DNA of 64,000 bases from an uncultured Prevotellaceae bacterium. GTDB taxonomy: Bacteria > Bacteroidota > Bacteroidia > Bacteroidales > Bacteroidaceae. The notes under the pieces were generated by a model that saw nothing but the letters and a program-made list of their open reading frames with translations, had not been told where the DNA came from and searched no databases. Made by a program: the position numbers and the translations under genes. Below, piece by piece: positions 55,628 to 64,000 of this stretch (positions within the stretch are counted from its first letter, which is position 1; every line of letters starts with the position of its first letter). The stretch lies in NCBI GenBank assembly GCA_902775475.1, contig CACYME010000005.1, positions 29,642 through 93,641 on the forward strand, written 5' to 3'.

Positions 55628-56971
55628 TTAATCGACCTCCTCGTCAGCCTCGTAGCCGCCCATCTCGCGGATGGCGTTTTTCAGCATGGTGTACTGCTGG
55701 TAGAGGTTGTTCACCGGCTCCTCGCCTGTGGTGTAGTCGTGCTGCGGCGACTTCAGGAAGAAGGAGAGGAAGCGCTGCGTGCCGTAGCGGCCAGCACGTG
55801 CTGCAAGGTCGGAGAGCAGGGTGAGGTCGAGGCAGAGCGGAGCGGCAAGGATGCTGTCGCGGCAGAGGAAGTTAATCTTAATCTGCATGGGATAGCCCAG
55901 CCAGCCGAAGATGTCGATGTTATCCCATCCCTCCTTGTTGTCGTTGCGGGGCGGATAGTAGTTGATGCGCACCTTGTGGTAGTACTGCGTGTCATCGTCG
56001 TTGCCGTGGCCATAGAGGTCGGGCTGCCAGTCGGGCTTCAGGATGGTCTCCAGCGTGGAGAGCTTCGACACCTCCTTGGTGCGGAAGTTGGCAGGCTCGT
56101 CGAGCACGAGGCCGTCGCGGTTGCCGAGGATATTGGTTGAGAACCAGCCGCTGAGTCCCAGCGAGCGCACACCGATGATGGGTGCGAAGCCGCTCTTCAC
56201 CAGCGTCTGCCCCGTCTTGAAGTCTTTGCCGGCGATGGGCATTCGCGTCTGCTCGGCCAACTGCCACATGGCGGGAATGTCGACGGTGGTGTTCGGAGCG
56301 CCCATGATGAAGGGAGCGCCCTCCTGCAGGGCAGCGTAGGCATAGCACATCGAGGGTGCCACGTGCTCGCGGTCGTCGGCCTTCATGGCGGCTTCGAGGT
56401 CGCTCAGCTGATAGTGCACCTGCTTGTCGACAGGCACGTAAATCTCCGTCGAGGCAGCCCAGAGCACCACCACGCGCTCCACCTGCTTCTCTTCCTTGAA
56501 GCGGCGGATGTCCTCGCGCAGCATCTCCACCATCTCCCAGCGGGTGGGCAGGGCTCCTTCCCGGGAGGCTTTCACGTTGTCGCCGTCGAGTCGCTTGGCA
56601 TAGTTCTTGTCGAAGGCGGCCTTCATGGGCACTATCTGCTCCAGCTCGTCGCGCACCTGGTTGATGTCCTTCTCCTTCAGCACCTCGGCATACATGGCTG
56701 CCTGATAGGCGTTCTGCGGATAGACATCCCAGCAGCCGAACACGATGTCGTTGAGACTGGCCAGCGGCACGATGCTGCCCACGGGCAGATACTGCTTGTC
56801 GGCCCCACGGCCCACGCGGATTTTGTCATACTGAGTGAATGATCCCACGGGCTTGCCCAGCCCCTTGCGGGCCAGGAGGACACCCGTCATAAACGTGGTG
56901 GAGACTGCGCCGCAGCCCACGACCAGGATACCCAATTTGCCAGATGCTGGCTTTACTTTTGAAGTTTCCAT
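55628..56971 (-). CDS. Inositol-3-phosphate synthase (myo-inositol-1-phosphate synthase)
   Basis: METSKVKPASGKLGILVVGCGAVSTTFMTGV...WAASTEIY...GKDFKTGQTLVKS...SILAAPLCLDL, typical of the bacterial MIPS family. The start is set at the ATG giving METSKV. Confidence 0.85.
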   Translation of the reverse strand: METSKVKPASGKLGILVVGCGAVSTTFMTGVLLARKGLGKPVGSFTQYDKIRVGRGADKQYLPVGSIVPLASLNDIVFGCWDVYPQNAYQAAMYAEVLKEKDINQVRDELEQIVPMKAAFDKNYAKRLDGDNVKASREGALPTRWEMVEMLREDIRRFKEEKQVERVVVLWAASTEIYVPVDKQVHYQLSDLEAAMKADDREHVAPSMCYAYAALQEGAPFIMGAPNTTVDIPAMWQLAEQTRMPIAGKDFKTGQTLVKSGFAPIIGVRSLGLSGWFSTNILGNRDGLVLDEPANFRTKEVSKLSTLETILKPDWQPDLYGHGNDDDTQYYHKVRINYYPPRNDNKEGWDNIDIFGWLGYPMQIKINFLCRDSILAAPLCLDLTLLSDLAARAGRYGTQRFLSFFLKSPQHDYTTGEEPVNNLYQQYTMLKNAIREMGGYEADEEVD

Positions 56972-57007
56972 TACAACGAATTTACAAATAATTAGTAAAA
57001 CTGACGG

Positions 57008-57015
57008 CAAAGTTA
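57008..57015 (-). promoter_or_regulatory. -7 promoter box TAACTTTG for the inositol-3-phosphate synthase gene
   Basis: Reverse complement of CAAAGTTA, 37 nt upstream of the ATG. Confidence 0.5.
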
Positions 57016-57173
57016 CAGCTTATTTATCGAACAACACCATTTTCCGCCAACTTTTTACTCCTATCAGGAAGAAAAAGAACATTTCAGACACGATTTGAAA
57101 CATTTGAATCATGAAACAGACCGTTTTTCAAAATCTTTTTCCCAATCATGGAAGCTGATTGCGTTTTTTTTCG

Positions 57174-57181
57174 TAACTTTG
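57174..57181 (+). promoter_or_regulatory. -7 promoter box TAACTTTG for the Cys/His-rich protein / TBDR / DUF4625 unit
   Basis: Matches TAnnTTTG. It lies inside the 5' end of the 57148 ORF as drawn in the track, which implies a downstream GTG start. Confidence 0.5.
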
Positions 57182-57186
57182 CCGCC

Positions 57187-57531
57187 GTGAACGTGAAGAC
57201 TAAACGACATATCGCTTCTTGGTTGCTGTTGGCCGTATTCGTGCCAATGCTATTGCTGTCGTCGCTTCACATTCACGAAGCCGTACAATCAGAACTGACA
57301 TCCTGCGCCGAATGCGTCCAACATCATTGTGGCGGACATCTGGGCCAGCAGGCCATTGCGCTGCACGCCTGCGTGCTCTGCCAGTTCCTCACCCTGCCCA
57401 TGCTGGCCGTGGCCGTGGCCACCCTTCTTATATTTAATAATGTGTGCAAGGCGGCACCCTTCACCTGGCGGCGCAGCGTCTGCGTGGCCCATCTCAGCAT
57501 GGTCGGGCTGCGCGGCCCACCTGCTGTTTGA
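57187..57531 (+). CDS. Small Cys/His-rich membrane protein (about 114 aa), possible metal-binding partner of the downstream TonB-dependent receptor
   Basis: TM helix ASWLLLAVFVPMLLLSS, then HIHEAVQSELTSCAECVQHHCGGHLGQQAIALHACVLCQF and a second TM helix. The start is uncertain: GTG 57187 or 57193 given the -7 box, or ATG 57148 in the ORF track. Confidence 0.55.
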   Translation: MNVKTKRHIASWLLLAVFVPMLLLSSLHIHEAVQSELTSCAECVQHHCGGHLGQQAIALHACVLCQFLTLPMLAVAVATLLIFNNVCKAAPFTWRRSVCVAHLSMVGLRGPPAV

Positions 57532-57575
57532 TTCCTTCAGTACCATCTCGTCTTACGAATCAAACAGCATGAATC

Positions 57576-59663
57576 ATGATCAGCAACATAGTGGCTGCAG
57601 CACTCTTGTCGTGCGCAGTCAATGACACCGTGGTCACGCTCGATGCCGTGACCGTCACGGGTCAGCAGCGCCACGACTACCAGATGCGCTCGTCGCAGAG
57701 CGCCGTTCAGGTGAGCGGCGACTATCTCCAACAGCATTTCGCTGGCAGCCTGATGCAGACGCTGGAAGGCATCCCCGGCGTGAAGGCCATGGCCATCGGC
57801 TCCGGGCAGTCGAAGCCCGCCATCCGCGGCCTGGGCTTCAACCGCCTGGCCGTCAGCGAGGACGGCGTGAAGCACGAGGGCCAGCAGTGGGGCGACGACC
57901 ACGGACTGGAGATAGACCAGTTTGCCATCGACCGCGCCGAGGTCATCAAGGGCCCCGCCGCCATCCTCTATGGCAGCGACGCCATCGGCGGCGTGCTCAG
58001 CCTCTACACCAACCACGTGCCGACGAAGCCGCTGGAGGGTGCCGTGCAGCTCTTCGGCCGCACGAACAACGAGCAGCTGGGCCTCTCGGCCAAGGTGGGC
58101 GGCCGTCACGGCAAGTTCTTCTACCGCGCCAACGCCACGTTCATCGACTATGCCGACTACCGCGTGCCGACGGACAGCATCCAGTACTACTCCTACTGGA
58201 TTAAGCTGAAGGACCAGCGGCTGCGCAACACCGCCGGCACAGAGCGCGACGGCAGCCTGATGCTGGGCTACGCCGGCTACAACTTCCACACCGACGTGCG
58301 CCTGAGCGACAGCTACTCGAAGAGTGGCTTCTTCGCCAACGCCCACGGGCTGGAGGTTCGCCTGAGCGACATCGACTACGACCACTCGCGGCGCGACGTC
58401 GACCTGCCCCGCCAGTGGGTGAACCACCTGAAGGTGCTCAGCCACACCACCTGGCGCAGCGAGGCCACGTCGGCAGAGCTGAACCTGGCCTACCAGAACA
58501 ACCTGCGCGAAGAGCTGTCGGAGCCCGTCAGCCACGGCTACATGCCCACCCCACCCAACTCCTTAGAGCGCCGCTTCAACAAGCACACCTACACCGCCTC
58601 GCTCTCGCTGCGCCAGCAGCTGGGGCGGCACGAGCTGCAAGGGGGCATCAGCGGCGAGCTGCAGCACAACCGCCGCGACGGATGGGGGTTCATCATCCCC
58701 GACTTCGAGACGGCCACCGCCGGACTCTTCGTCTTCGACCGCTTCACCCTGCGCGAGAACCTGGCGGTGAACGCCGGACTGCGCTACGACCATGCGAAGA
58801 CCCACATCCACAGTTATCAGGACTGGTACCAGACTCCCTCGGAAGAGGGGGAGGCCTACCAGCAGCGCTCAGCCGACCGCAGGCGCCACTTCAACAGCAT
58901 CACGTGGTCGGCAGGCGTGAACTACAGCACGGGGCAGTGGGTGATGAAGGCCAACGTGGGCAAGTCGTTCCGCGTGCCCATCGCCAAGGAGCTGGGAGCC
59001 AACGGCGTGAACTACCACATCTTCCGCTACGAGCGGGGCAACGCACAGCTCGATCCTGAAGAGTCTTACCAGATAGATGCCACCGTGAGCTGGAGCAACG
59101 ACCGCTGGGAAGTGCAGGCAGAGCCCTACCTAAACTTTTTTCCCAACTACATCTACCTGAACCCCACGGCGCAGTATGTAGAAGGACTGCAGCTCTATCA
59201 CTACACCCAGGCCCGCGTCCTGCGCTACGGCCTGGAGGCCCAGGCCACCTGCCACATCAGCCGTCGCTGGCAGGCCCACGTGCAAGGCGAATACCTCTAT
59301 GCACGTCAGCGGTCGGGCGAGAAGAAGGGCTACACCCTACCCTTCTCCACCCCGTGGTCAACCGATGTAGGGCTGCGCTATGCCTTCGCCCCCAATGACG
59401 AGGGATTCGTGGCGCTGAACGCCCACATCGTTGGCCGACAAGACGAGATTGTACCCCCCGAGAAACCTACCGACGGCTACTGGACGCTGAACCTCTCGGC
59501 AGGGAAACGCTTCCCGCTGAAGGGCAGCACGACGCTCAACGTGGCGCTCCATGCAGACAACCTGCTCGACCGCCGCTACTACGACCACACTAGCTACTAC
59601 CGCCTCATCGACGTGCCCGAACCGGGGCGCAACGTCGCACTGAAGGTAGGGCTGGAGTTTTAG
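57576..59663 (+). CDS. TonB-dependent receptor (695 aa)
   Basis: Plug region LDAVTVTGQQ...LEGIPGVKAMAIGSGQSKPAIRGLGFNRLAVSEDGVKHEGQQWG...AEVIKGPAAILYGSDAIGGVL. The barrel ends NVALKVGLEF. Confidence 0.9.
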   Translation: MISNIVAAALLSCAVNDTVVTLDAVTVTGQQRHDYQMRSSQSAVQVSGDYLQQHFAGSLMQTLEGIPGVKAMAIGSGQSKPAIRGLGFNRLAVSEDGVKHEGQQWGDDHGLEIDQFAIDRAEVIKGPAAILYGSDAIGGVLSLYTNHVPTKPLEGAVQLFGRTNNEQLGLSAKVGGRHGKFFYRANATFIDYADYRVPTDSIQYYSYWIKLKDQRLRNTAGTERDGSLMLGYAGYNFHTDVRLSDSYSKSGFFANAHGLEVRLSDIDYDHSRRDVDLPRQWVNHLKVLSHTTWRSEATSAELNLAYQNNLREELSEPVSHGYMPTPPNSLERRFNKHTYTASLSLRQQLGRHELQGGISGELQHNRRDGWGFIIPDFETATAGLFVFDRFTLRENLAVNAGLRYDHAKTHIHSYQDWYQTPSEEGEAYQQRSADRRRHFNSITWSAGVNYSTGQWVMKANVGKSFRVPIAKELGANGVNYHIFRYERGNAQLDPEESYQIDATVSWSNDRWEVQAEPYLNFFPNYIYLNPTAQYVEGLQLYHYTQARVLRYGLEAQATCHISRRWQAHVQGEYLYARQRSGEKKGYTLPFSTPWSTDVGLRYAFAPNDEGFVALNAHIVGRQDEIVPPEKPTDGYWTLNLSAGKRFPLKGSTTLNVALHADNLLDRRYYDHTSYYRLIDVPEPGRNVALKVGLEF

Positions 59664-59696
59664 CAGACCCCTCCAACAAAAAAAACGAACAAAACA

Positions 59697-60200
59697 ATGA
59701 AAACAAATAAGAAATATCTGAGCCTCATGATGGCTCTTGTGGCTACATTCACCTTTGGTTTTGCTGCCTGCAGCGACGATGACAACGAGGAGAAGGACAT
59801 GACCTATCCCGAAATCAGCAGCCAGGGCATCGCCGCCAACCCCATCGACTGCCAAGTCTATGAACGCGGCAGCGTCATCCCCTTCTGCTACGTCTTCACC
59901 GACAACCAGGAGCTGGGCAACTACAACATCGAGATTCACACCAACGCCGACCACCACTCGCACAGCACGTCGGCTACCGAATGCGAGGAGGACGAGGACC
60001 ACGACCACGAGCAGCCCTCGGTGAAGCCCTGGGTGTTCAACCAGGACTACGCCATCCCCACAGGTCAGAAGGCCTACACAGCCCGCTTCGACATTCCCAT
60101 CCCCGATGACATCGACGCTGGCGACTACCACTTTATGATTCGCCTCACCGACCGTGCCGGATGGCAGCAGCTGAAGGCCGTGGCCATCAGGATTGAATAA
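59697..60200 (+). CDS. DUF4625-like lipoprotein with a His/Asp/Glu-rich loop
   Basis: Lipobox LMMALVATFTFGFAAC. Other segments are IEIHTNADHHSHSTSATECEEDEDHDHEQ and DAGDYHFMIRLTDRAGW. Confidence 0.65.
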   Translation: MKTNKKYLSLMMALVATFTFGFAACSDDDNEEKDMTYPEISSQGIAANPIDCQVYERGSVIPFCYVFTDNQELGNYNIEIHTNADHHSHSTSATECEEDEDHDHEQPSVKPWVFNQDYAIPTGQKAYTARFDIPIPDDIDAGDYHFMIRLTDRAGWQQLKAVAIRIE

Positions 60201-60488
60201 AACAGGGCAACAGCTATATTATTGCGCACAAAGAAAAGCCAAGCAGGTTGAAAGACCTCGCGTTTCCACACAGCAGCAGGGAGGAGAGGAAAAAGGCGGC
60301 GACAATTTGGGACCCGGCCATACCGGAGTGGGAAAAAGGGCACGCCTTTTCCGTTTGCAGCGGACGGGGACGATATTGGCAGCGGCCGCTGCCAATAATG
60401 GCAGCGGGCGGGAAAATTAATGGCAGCGCCCGCTGCCTTCCCTGCTGAGAACAGCTGCGCACAAATAGGTCAACTGCTATATCATTGC

Positions 60489-60541
60489 CAAAAAAAGAGT
60501 ATCTCCATCGGTGTGGAAGCCTACACGCCGATGGAGATACT
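60489..60541 (-). terminator. Rho-independent terminator for the hydrolase gene remnant
   Basis: On the minus strand AGTATCTCCATCGGCGTG-loop-CACACCGATGGAGATACT is followed by CTTTTTTT. The stem is 18 bp with one mismatch. Confidence 0.75.
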
Positions 60542-60590
60542 ATGAATGCTCTGACCAGCTCTTGCAGCGGCCTATGCTGCACGGTTTCTA

Positions 60591-60806
60591 CTACTTGTAG
60601 TTCTTGTGTTGTATGGAGAAGCCGTCATAGCCAGTGAGGTCGCCGCCGATGAAGAGTTTTTCGCTTTCCTTATTGCCCTTCAGTTGCCAGTCGAGCCATG
60701 CCTTCACCATGCGGGCGTTGGCACCACCGCTGGGCTGCTCGTAGGTGCCACCATGACCACTCTGGGTGTTGTCGGCCAGCACCACGGGCACCCGCTTGAT
60801 GGCCGA
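60591..60806 (-). pseudogene. 3'-terminal remnant (~70 codons) of an alpha/beta-hydrolase (dienelactone hydrolase/cutinase-like) gene
   Basis: The minus-strand frame reads ...IKRVPVVLADNTQSGHGGTYEQPSGGANARMVKAWLDWQLKGNKESEKLFIGGDLTGYDGFSIQHKNYK*. This looks like the catalytic-His region and C-terminus of such esterases. Upstream it runs straight into the sppA promoter and antisense sppA with no plausible N-terminal part. Confidence 0.4.
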
Positions 60807-60870
60807 TGGCGCTTTTGCGTAAAATTGCGTTTTTTTTCGCCTTTTTGTAGTATAGTACGAAAAAAAAGTG

Positions 60871-60878
60871 TAACTTTG
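60871..60878 (+). promoter_or_regulatory. -7 promoter box TAACTTTG for sppA
   Basis: Matches TAnnTTTG, 31 nt upstream of ATG 60909. TTTG is at 60844-60847. Confidence 0.55.
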
Positions 60879-60908
60879 CGCGTGAATTATCATTAAACCA
60901 TTTTTCAG

Positions 60909-62705
60909 ATGAAAGATTTTTTCAAATACATGATGGCCACGATATGCGGCATCATCGTACTGATTATCGTTGGCGGCATCCTCTTCGCACTCACGCTGAT
61001 GGGCATGCTCGCCGGAGGTGACACCAAGGTGAAGGCCAAGGAGAACAGCGTCTTCGTCCTCCAGCTGAACGGCTCGGTGAGCGAGCGGGTTGAGGACAAC
61101 GGCCCCCTCTCCATCCTGCTCGGCTCGGCTGGCATGGACGAGATGGGACTCGACGACATCGTGAACGCCATCCGTCTGGCCCGCGACGAGGAGAACATCA
61201 AGGGCATCTACATAGAGGGGGGAGCCGCCATGTTCGACTCGCCCGCCACGGCCCAGCAGGTGCGCGATGCGCTGGCCGACTTCAAGAAGAGCGGCAAGTG
61301 GGTGCTGGCCTACGCCGACCAGATGATGCAGGCCAGCTACTACGTGAGCTCGGTGGCCGACAGCCTCTTCCTGAACAAGACGGGCATGATCGACTTCAAG
61401 GGCCTGGGCGGCAAGCATGAGTACATGACCGGCCTCTACGAGAAGCTCGGCGTGAAGTATCAGGCTGCCCGCGTGGGGAAGTACAAGAGCTACGTGGAGA
61501 GCGTCACCCGCAAGGACATGAGCGCCGAGGACCGCGAGCAGCGCGAGGCCTACCTGAAGGGCATCTGGCAGCAGTGGACGACACAGATGGCCGAGAGCCG
61601 CCACCTTGCCGCAGAGCAGCTGGACCAGCTGGCCAACGACAGCATCATCTTGTTCGCTTCGGTCGACGACTACCTGAAGGCCGGCCTCATCGACCGCGCT
61701 TTCTATCCCGAGGAGATGAAGCAGGTGGTGCGCCGGAAGCTGAAGATTGACAAGGACGACGACATCAACCAGCTGACGCTGACCGACATGCGCAACCTGA
61801 AGCCCGCCAAGAAGGTGAAGCAGAAGGGTGGCGAGGTGGCCGTCTACTATGCCTATGGCGAAATCGTCGACGAGGTGGCGAGCGGCTTCATGAGCGGCCA
61901 TAGCATCGTGGGCAACACCACCGTGGAAGACCTGCAGCAGCTGGCCGACGACGACAATGTGAAGGCCGTGGTGCTGCGCGTGAACAGCGGTGGCGGCAGT
62001 GCCGTGGCCAGCGAGCAGATAGCCCATGCCATCGACTTGCTGAAGGCCAAGAAGCCCGTGGTGGTGTCGATGGGCGGAGCAGCTGCTTCGGGCGGCTACA
62101 TGATCAGCTGCGGTGCCAACTACATCTTTGCCGAGCCTACGACCATCACCGGCTCCATCGGCATCTTCGGACTTATCCCCAACTTCAGCGGACTCGTCAC
62201 CGACAAGCTGGGCATCACCTGGGACGGCGTCAGCACCAACAAATACTCCGACTACGAGACGAGCCTCATCTTCGGCTCGGAAAACAGCGACGAGATGCGC
62301 TATCTGCAGGGCTACACAGACCGCGGCTACGAGAAGTTCCTCGACATCGTGGGTAAGGGCCGCAGCATGACCAAGGACGAGGTGAACGAGATAGCCCAGG
62401 GCCGCGTGTGGCTGGCCACCGATGCCCTCGGCATCAAGCTCGTCGACCAGCTGGGCTCGCTCAACGATGCCGTGAAGAAGGCTGCCGAGCTGGCCTCGCT
62501 GCAGGAGTATCACACTGCCGCCTATCCTGCCAAGACCGAATGGATTGACAACCTGCTGAACAGCGATGAAAAGAAGGGCAGCTACCTCGACAGCCAGCTG
62601 CGCCAGGCACTGGGCGACCTCTATGAGCCCGTCATGCAGCTCCGCCTCGACCAGATGCGCAACCGCCTGCAGGCCCGCCTGCCCTACAGCATCGCGGTCA
62701 GATAG
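60909..62705 (+). CDS. sppA: Signal peptide peptidase SppA, 67K type
   Basis: N-terminal TM MMATICGIIVLIIVGGILFAL and two ClpP-fold halves. The second half reads VVLRVNSGGGSAVASEQI...VVVSMGGAAASGGYMISCGANYIFAEPTTITGSIGIFG. Confidence 0.92.
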   Translation: MKDFFKYMMATICGIIVLIIVGGILFALTLMGMLAGGDTKVKAKENSVFVLQLNGSVSERVEDNGPLSILLGSAGMDEMGLDDIVNAIRLARDEENIKGIYIEGGAAMFDSPATAQQVRDALADFKKSGKWVLAYADQMMQASYYVSSVADSLFLNKTGMIDFKGLGGKHEYMTGLYEKLGVKYQAARVGKYKSYVESVTRKDMSAEDREQREAYLKGIWQQWTTQMAESRHLAAEQLDQLANDSIILFASVDDYLKAGLIDRAFYPEEMKQVVRRKLKIDKDDDINQLTLTDMRNLKPAKKVKQKGGEVAVYYAYGEIVDEVASGFMSGHSIVGNTTVEDLQQLADDDNVKAVVLRVNSGGGSAVASEQIAHAIDLLKAKKPVVVSMGGAAASGGYMISCGANYIFAEPTTITGSIGIFGLIPNFSGLVTDKLGITWDGVSTNKYSDYETSLIFGSENSDEMRYLQGYTDRGYEKFLDIVGKGRSMTKDEVNEIAQGRVWLATDALGIKLVDQLGSLNDAVKKAAELASLQEYHTAAYPAKTEWIDNLLNSDEKKGSYLDSQLRQALGDLYEPVMQLRLDQMRNRLQARLPYSIAVR

Positions 62706-62720
62706 TGTTGAGTGTTGAAT

Positions 62721-62808
62721 GTTTGTTGTTGAGTGACTATAGACAAGGCTATGGATTTCAACTACAGGAAGCTCAAGGCCTCATTCCTAAAGTCACTCAA
62801 CAATAAAC
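62721..62808. terminator. Word-type hairpin after sppA (18-bp stem, one mismatch, ~52-nt loop)
   Basis: GTTTGTTGTTGAGTGACT ... AGTCACTCAACAATAAAC, preceded by GTGTTGAGTGTTGAATG words. Confidence 0.5.
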
Positions 62809-62828
62809 TAAAAACAATAAACTGAGTA

Positions 62829-64000
62829 ATGGAGGGTGACTTTATAAAGATACGGGAGAGCCTGCTGCCGCTGAGCTGGATCTACGGCTGCGGGGTAAGC
62901 CTGCGCAACTTCTGCTTCGACGTGGGGCTGCTGAAGAGCCACGCGTTCCACGTGCCCGTCATTGCCGTGGGCAACATCACCGTGGGAGGAACGGGCAAGA
63001 CCCCCCACGTGGAGCACCTCATCCGACTGCTGCAAAACAGGTTCAAGGTGGCTGTGCTCAGCCGGGGCTACAAGCGGAAGACGAAAGGCTTCCAGCAGGC
63101 CGACAGCAGCACCACCGCCAAGGACATCGGCGACGAGCCCTTCCAGATGAAACGGAAATACCCCGGCATCACCGTGGCCGTGGACAAGAAGCGCGTGCAC
63201 GGCATACAGCAGCTCACCGACGACGATGCACAGCTCGACGTGGTGCTGCTCGATGATGCCTTCCAGCATCGCTACGTGAAGCCCGGCGTGAACATCCTGC
63301 TGGTGGACTATCACCGCCTCATCATCTACGACAAGCTGCTGCCTGCCGGCCGCCTGCGCGAGCCACTGAAAGGCAAGAACCGCGCCGACCTGGTCATCGT
63401 CACGAAGTGCCCCCGCGAGCTGAAGCCCATGGAGTTCCGCGTCATCACCAAGGCCATGGACCTCTATCCCTATCAGCACCTCTTCTTCACCACGCTCAGC
63501 TACGATGAGCTGCAGCCCGTCTTCGGCAACGGTGCCCCGGCACCACTATCCGGAGGACTCGACGTTCTGAAGGGGCAGAACGTGCTGCTGCTCTCGGGTA
63601 TCGCCTCGCCCCGACAGCTGGAGGAAGACCTGAAGACGCTGGCCGCTCCGGCACAGCTGACACCCCTCGTCTACCCCGACCACCACAGCTTCCGCCGCAA
63701 GGACGTGGAGCGCATCAACAGCACCTTCGCCGCCATGCCCTCGCCCAAGTGCATCGTCACAACAGAGAAAGATGCGGCCCGGCTGACCAGCGTCAGCGGA
63801 CTGAGCGACGAGGTGCGGAGAAACCTCTATGCCCTGCCCGTGCGCATCACGTTCATGCAGCCCGAACAGGAGGAGAAGTTCAACGAGACCATCGTAGGCT
63901 ATGTGCTGAAGAACTCACGAAACAGCATCCTCGTGAAGGGCAAGGACGACAGCAAGCCCCACGACAGCCAGCACACGGGCAACAAGCCACGCACCATCAG
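62829..64000 (+). CDS. lpxK: Tetraacyldisaccharide 4'-kinase (open at the right window edge)
   Basis: MEGDFIKIRESLLPLSWIYGCGVSLRNFCFD...VPVIAVGNITVGGTGKTPHVEHLIRLL...VLSRGYKRKTKGF...VVLLDDAFQH. It is not in the ORF track because no stop is reached. Confidence 0.9.
   Translation, partial: MEGDFIKIRESLLPLSWIYGCGVSLRNFCFDVGLLKSHAFHVPVIAVGNITVGGTGKTPHVEHLIRLLQNRFKVAVLSRGYKRKTKGFQQADSSTTAKDIGDEPFQMKRKYPGITVAVDKKRVHGIQQLTDDDAQLDVVLLDDAFQHRYVKPGVNILLVDYHRLIIYDKLLPAGRLREPLKGKNRADLVIVTKCPRELKPMEFRVITKAMDLYPYQHLFFTTLSYDELQPVFGNGAPAPLSGGLDVLKGQNVLLLSGIASPRQLEEDLKTLAAPAQLTPLVYPDHHSFRRKDVERINSTFAAMPSPKCIVTTEKDAARLTSVSGLSDEVRRNLYALPVRITFMQPEQEEKFNETIVGYVLKNSRNSILVKGKDDSKPHDSQHTGNKPRTI

Noticed and set aside
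60807-62513. Upstream ~570 codons of the 640-aa minus-strand ORF 60591..62513
   Set aside because: This part is antisense to sppA and A/G/V/H/L-rich with no motifs. Only the last ~70 codons (60591-60806), which lie outside sppA, look like real (remnant) coding sequence.
20822-62808. Possibility that the recurring hairpins/word repeats form a CRISPR array
   Set aside because: The elements are dispersed singly over 40 kb, differ in sequence and length, have no regular repeat-spacer periodicity, and no cas genes are present.

Overview
This window looks like chromosome from a high-GC member of the Bacteroidota, probably a Prevotella-like Bacteroidales. That placement is an inference from TAnnTTTG -7 promoter boxes in front of most genes, T9SS-type C-terminal tails, a hybrid two-component/AraC regulator, a TonB-dependent receptor with DUF4625, and GH20/GH28 genes. 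I count about 40 protein genes and one tRNA-Leu(UAA). Most genes are housekeeping: clpB, meaB, ispH, argS, rnhA, ribD, prmC, recX, comF, pyrE, argH, sppA, lpxK and inositol-3-phosphate synthase. Envelope functions include an alpha-2-macroglobulin with a DUF1573 partner, an S8 peptidase with a T9SS tail, a BlaI/BlaR1 pair and a TBDR metal-uptake trio. The outstanding region is a ~22 kb AraC-headed cluster (27.9-49.9 kb) that encodes only exported proteins I cannot assign to a function. It contains two paralogous T9SS-tailed proteins, a 599-aa beta-barrel-like OMP, a 3011-aa giant protein, a 769-aa protein of FN3-like repeats and two lipoproteins. A ~90-aa module is shared between the T9SS cargo and one lipoprotein. 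The distal genes show an abrupt GC-rich/AT-rich mosaic. The cluster is bracketed by inverted copies of a ~0.45 kb AT-rich repeat that occurs four times in the window. The repeat core is an 18-bp perfect hairpin, and its 12-nt loop is inverted in one copy (flip/flop). A second pervasive pattern is hairpins whose arms are tandem 7-nt words. The same heptamer tracts, or GC-rich palindromes, sit in frame inside conserved genes (ispH, clpB, S8 peptidase, A2M, blaR1). All family calls come from motif recognition by eye; no database search or computation was possible.
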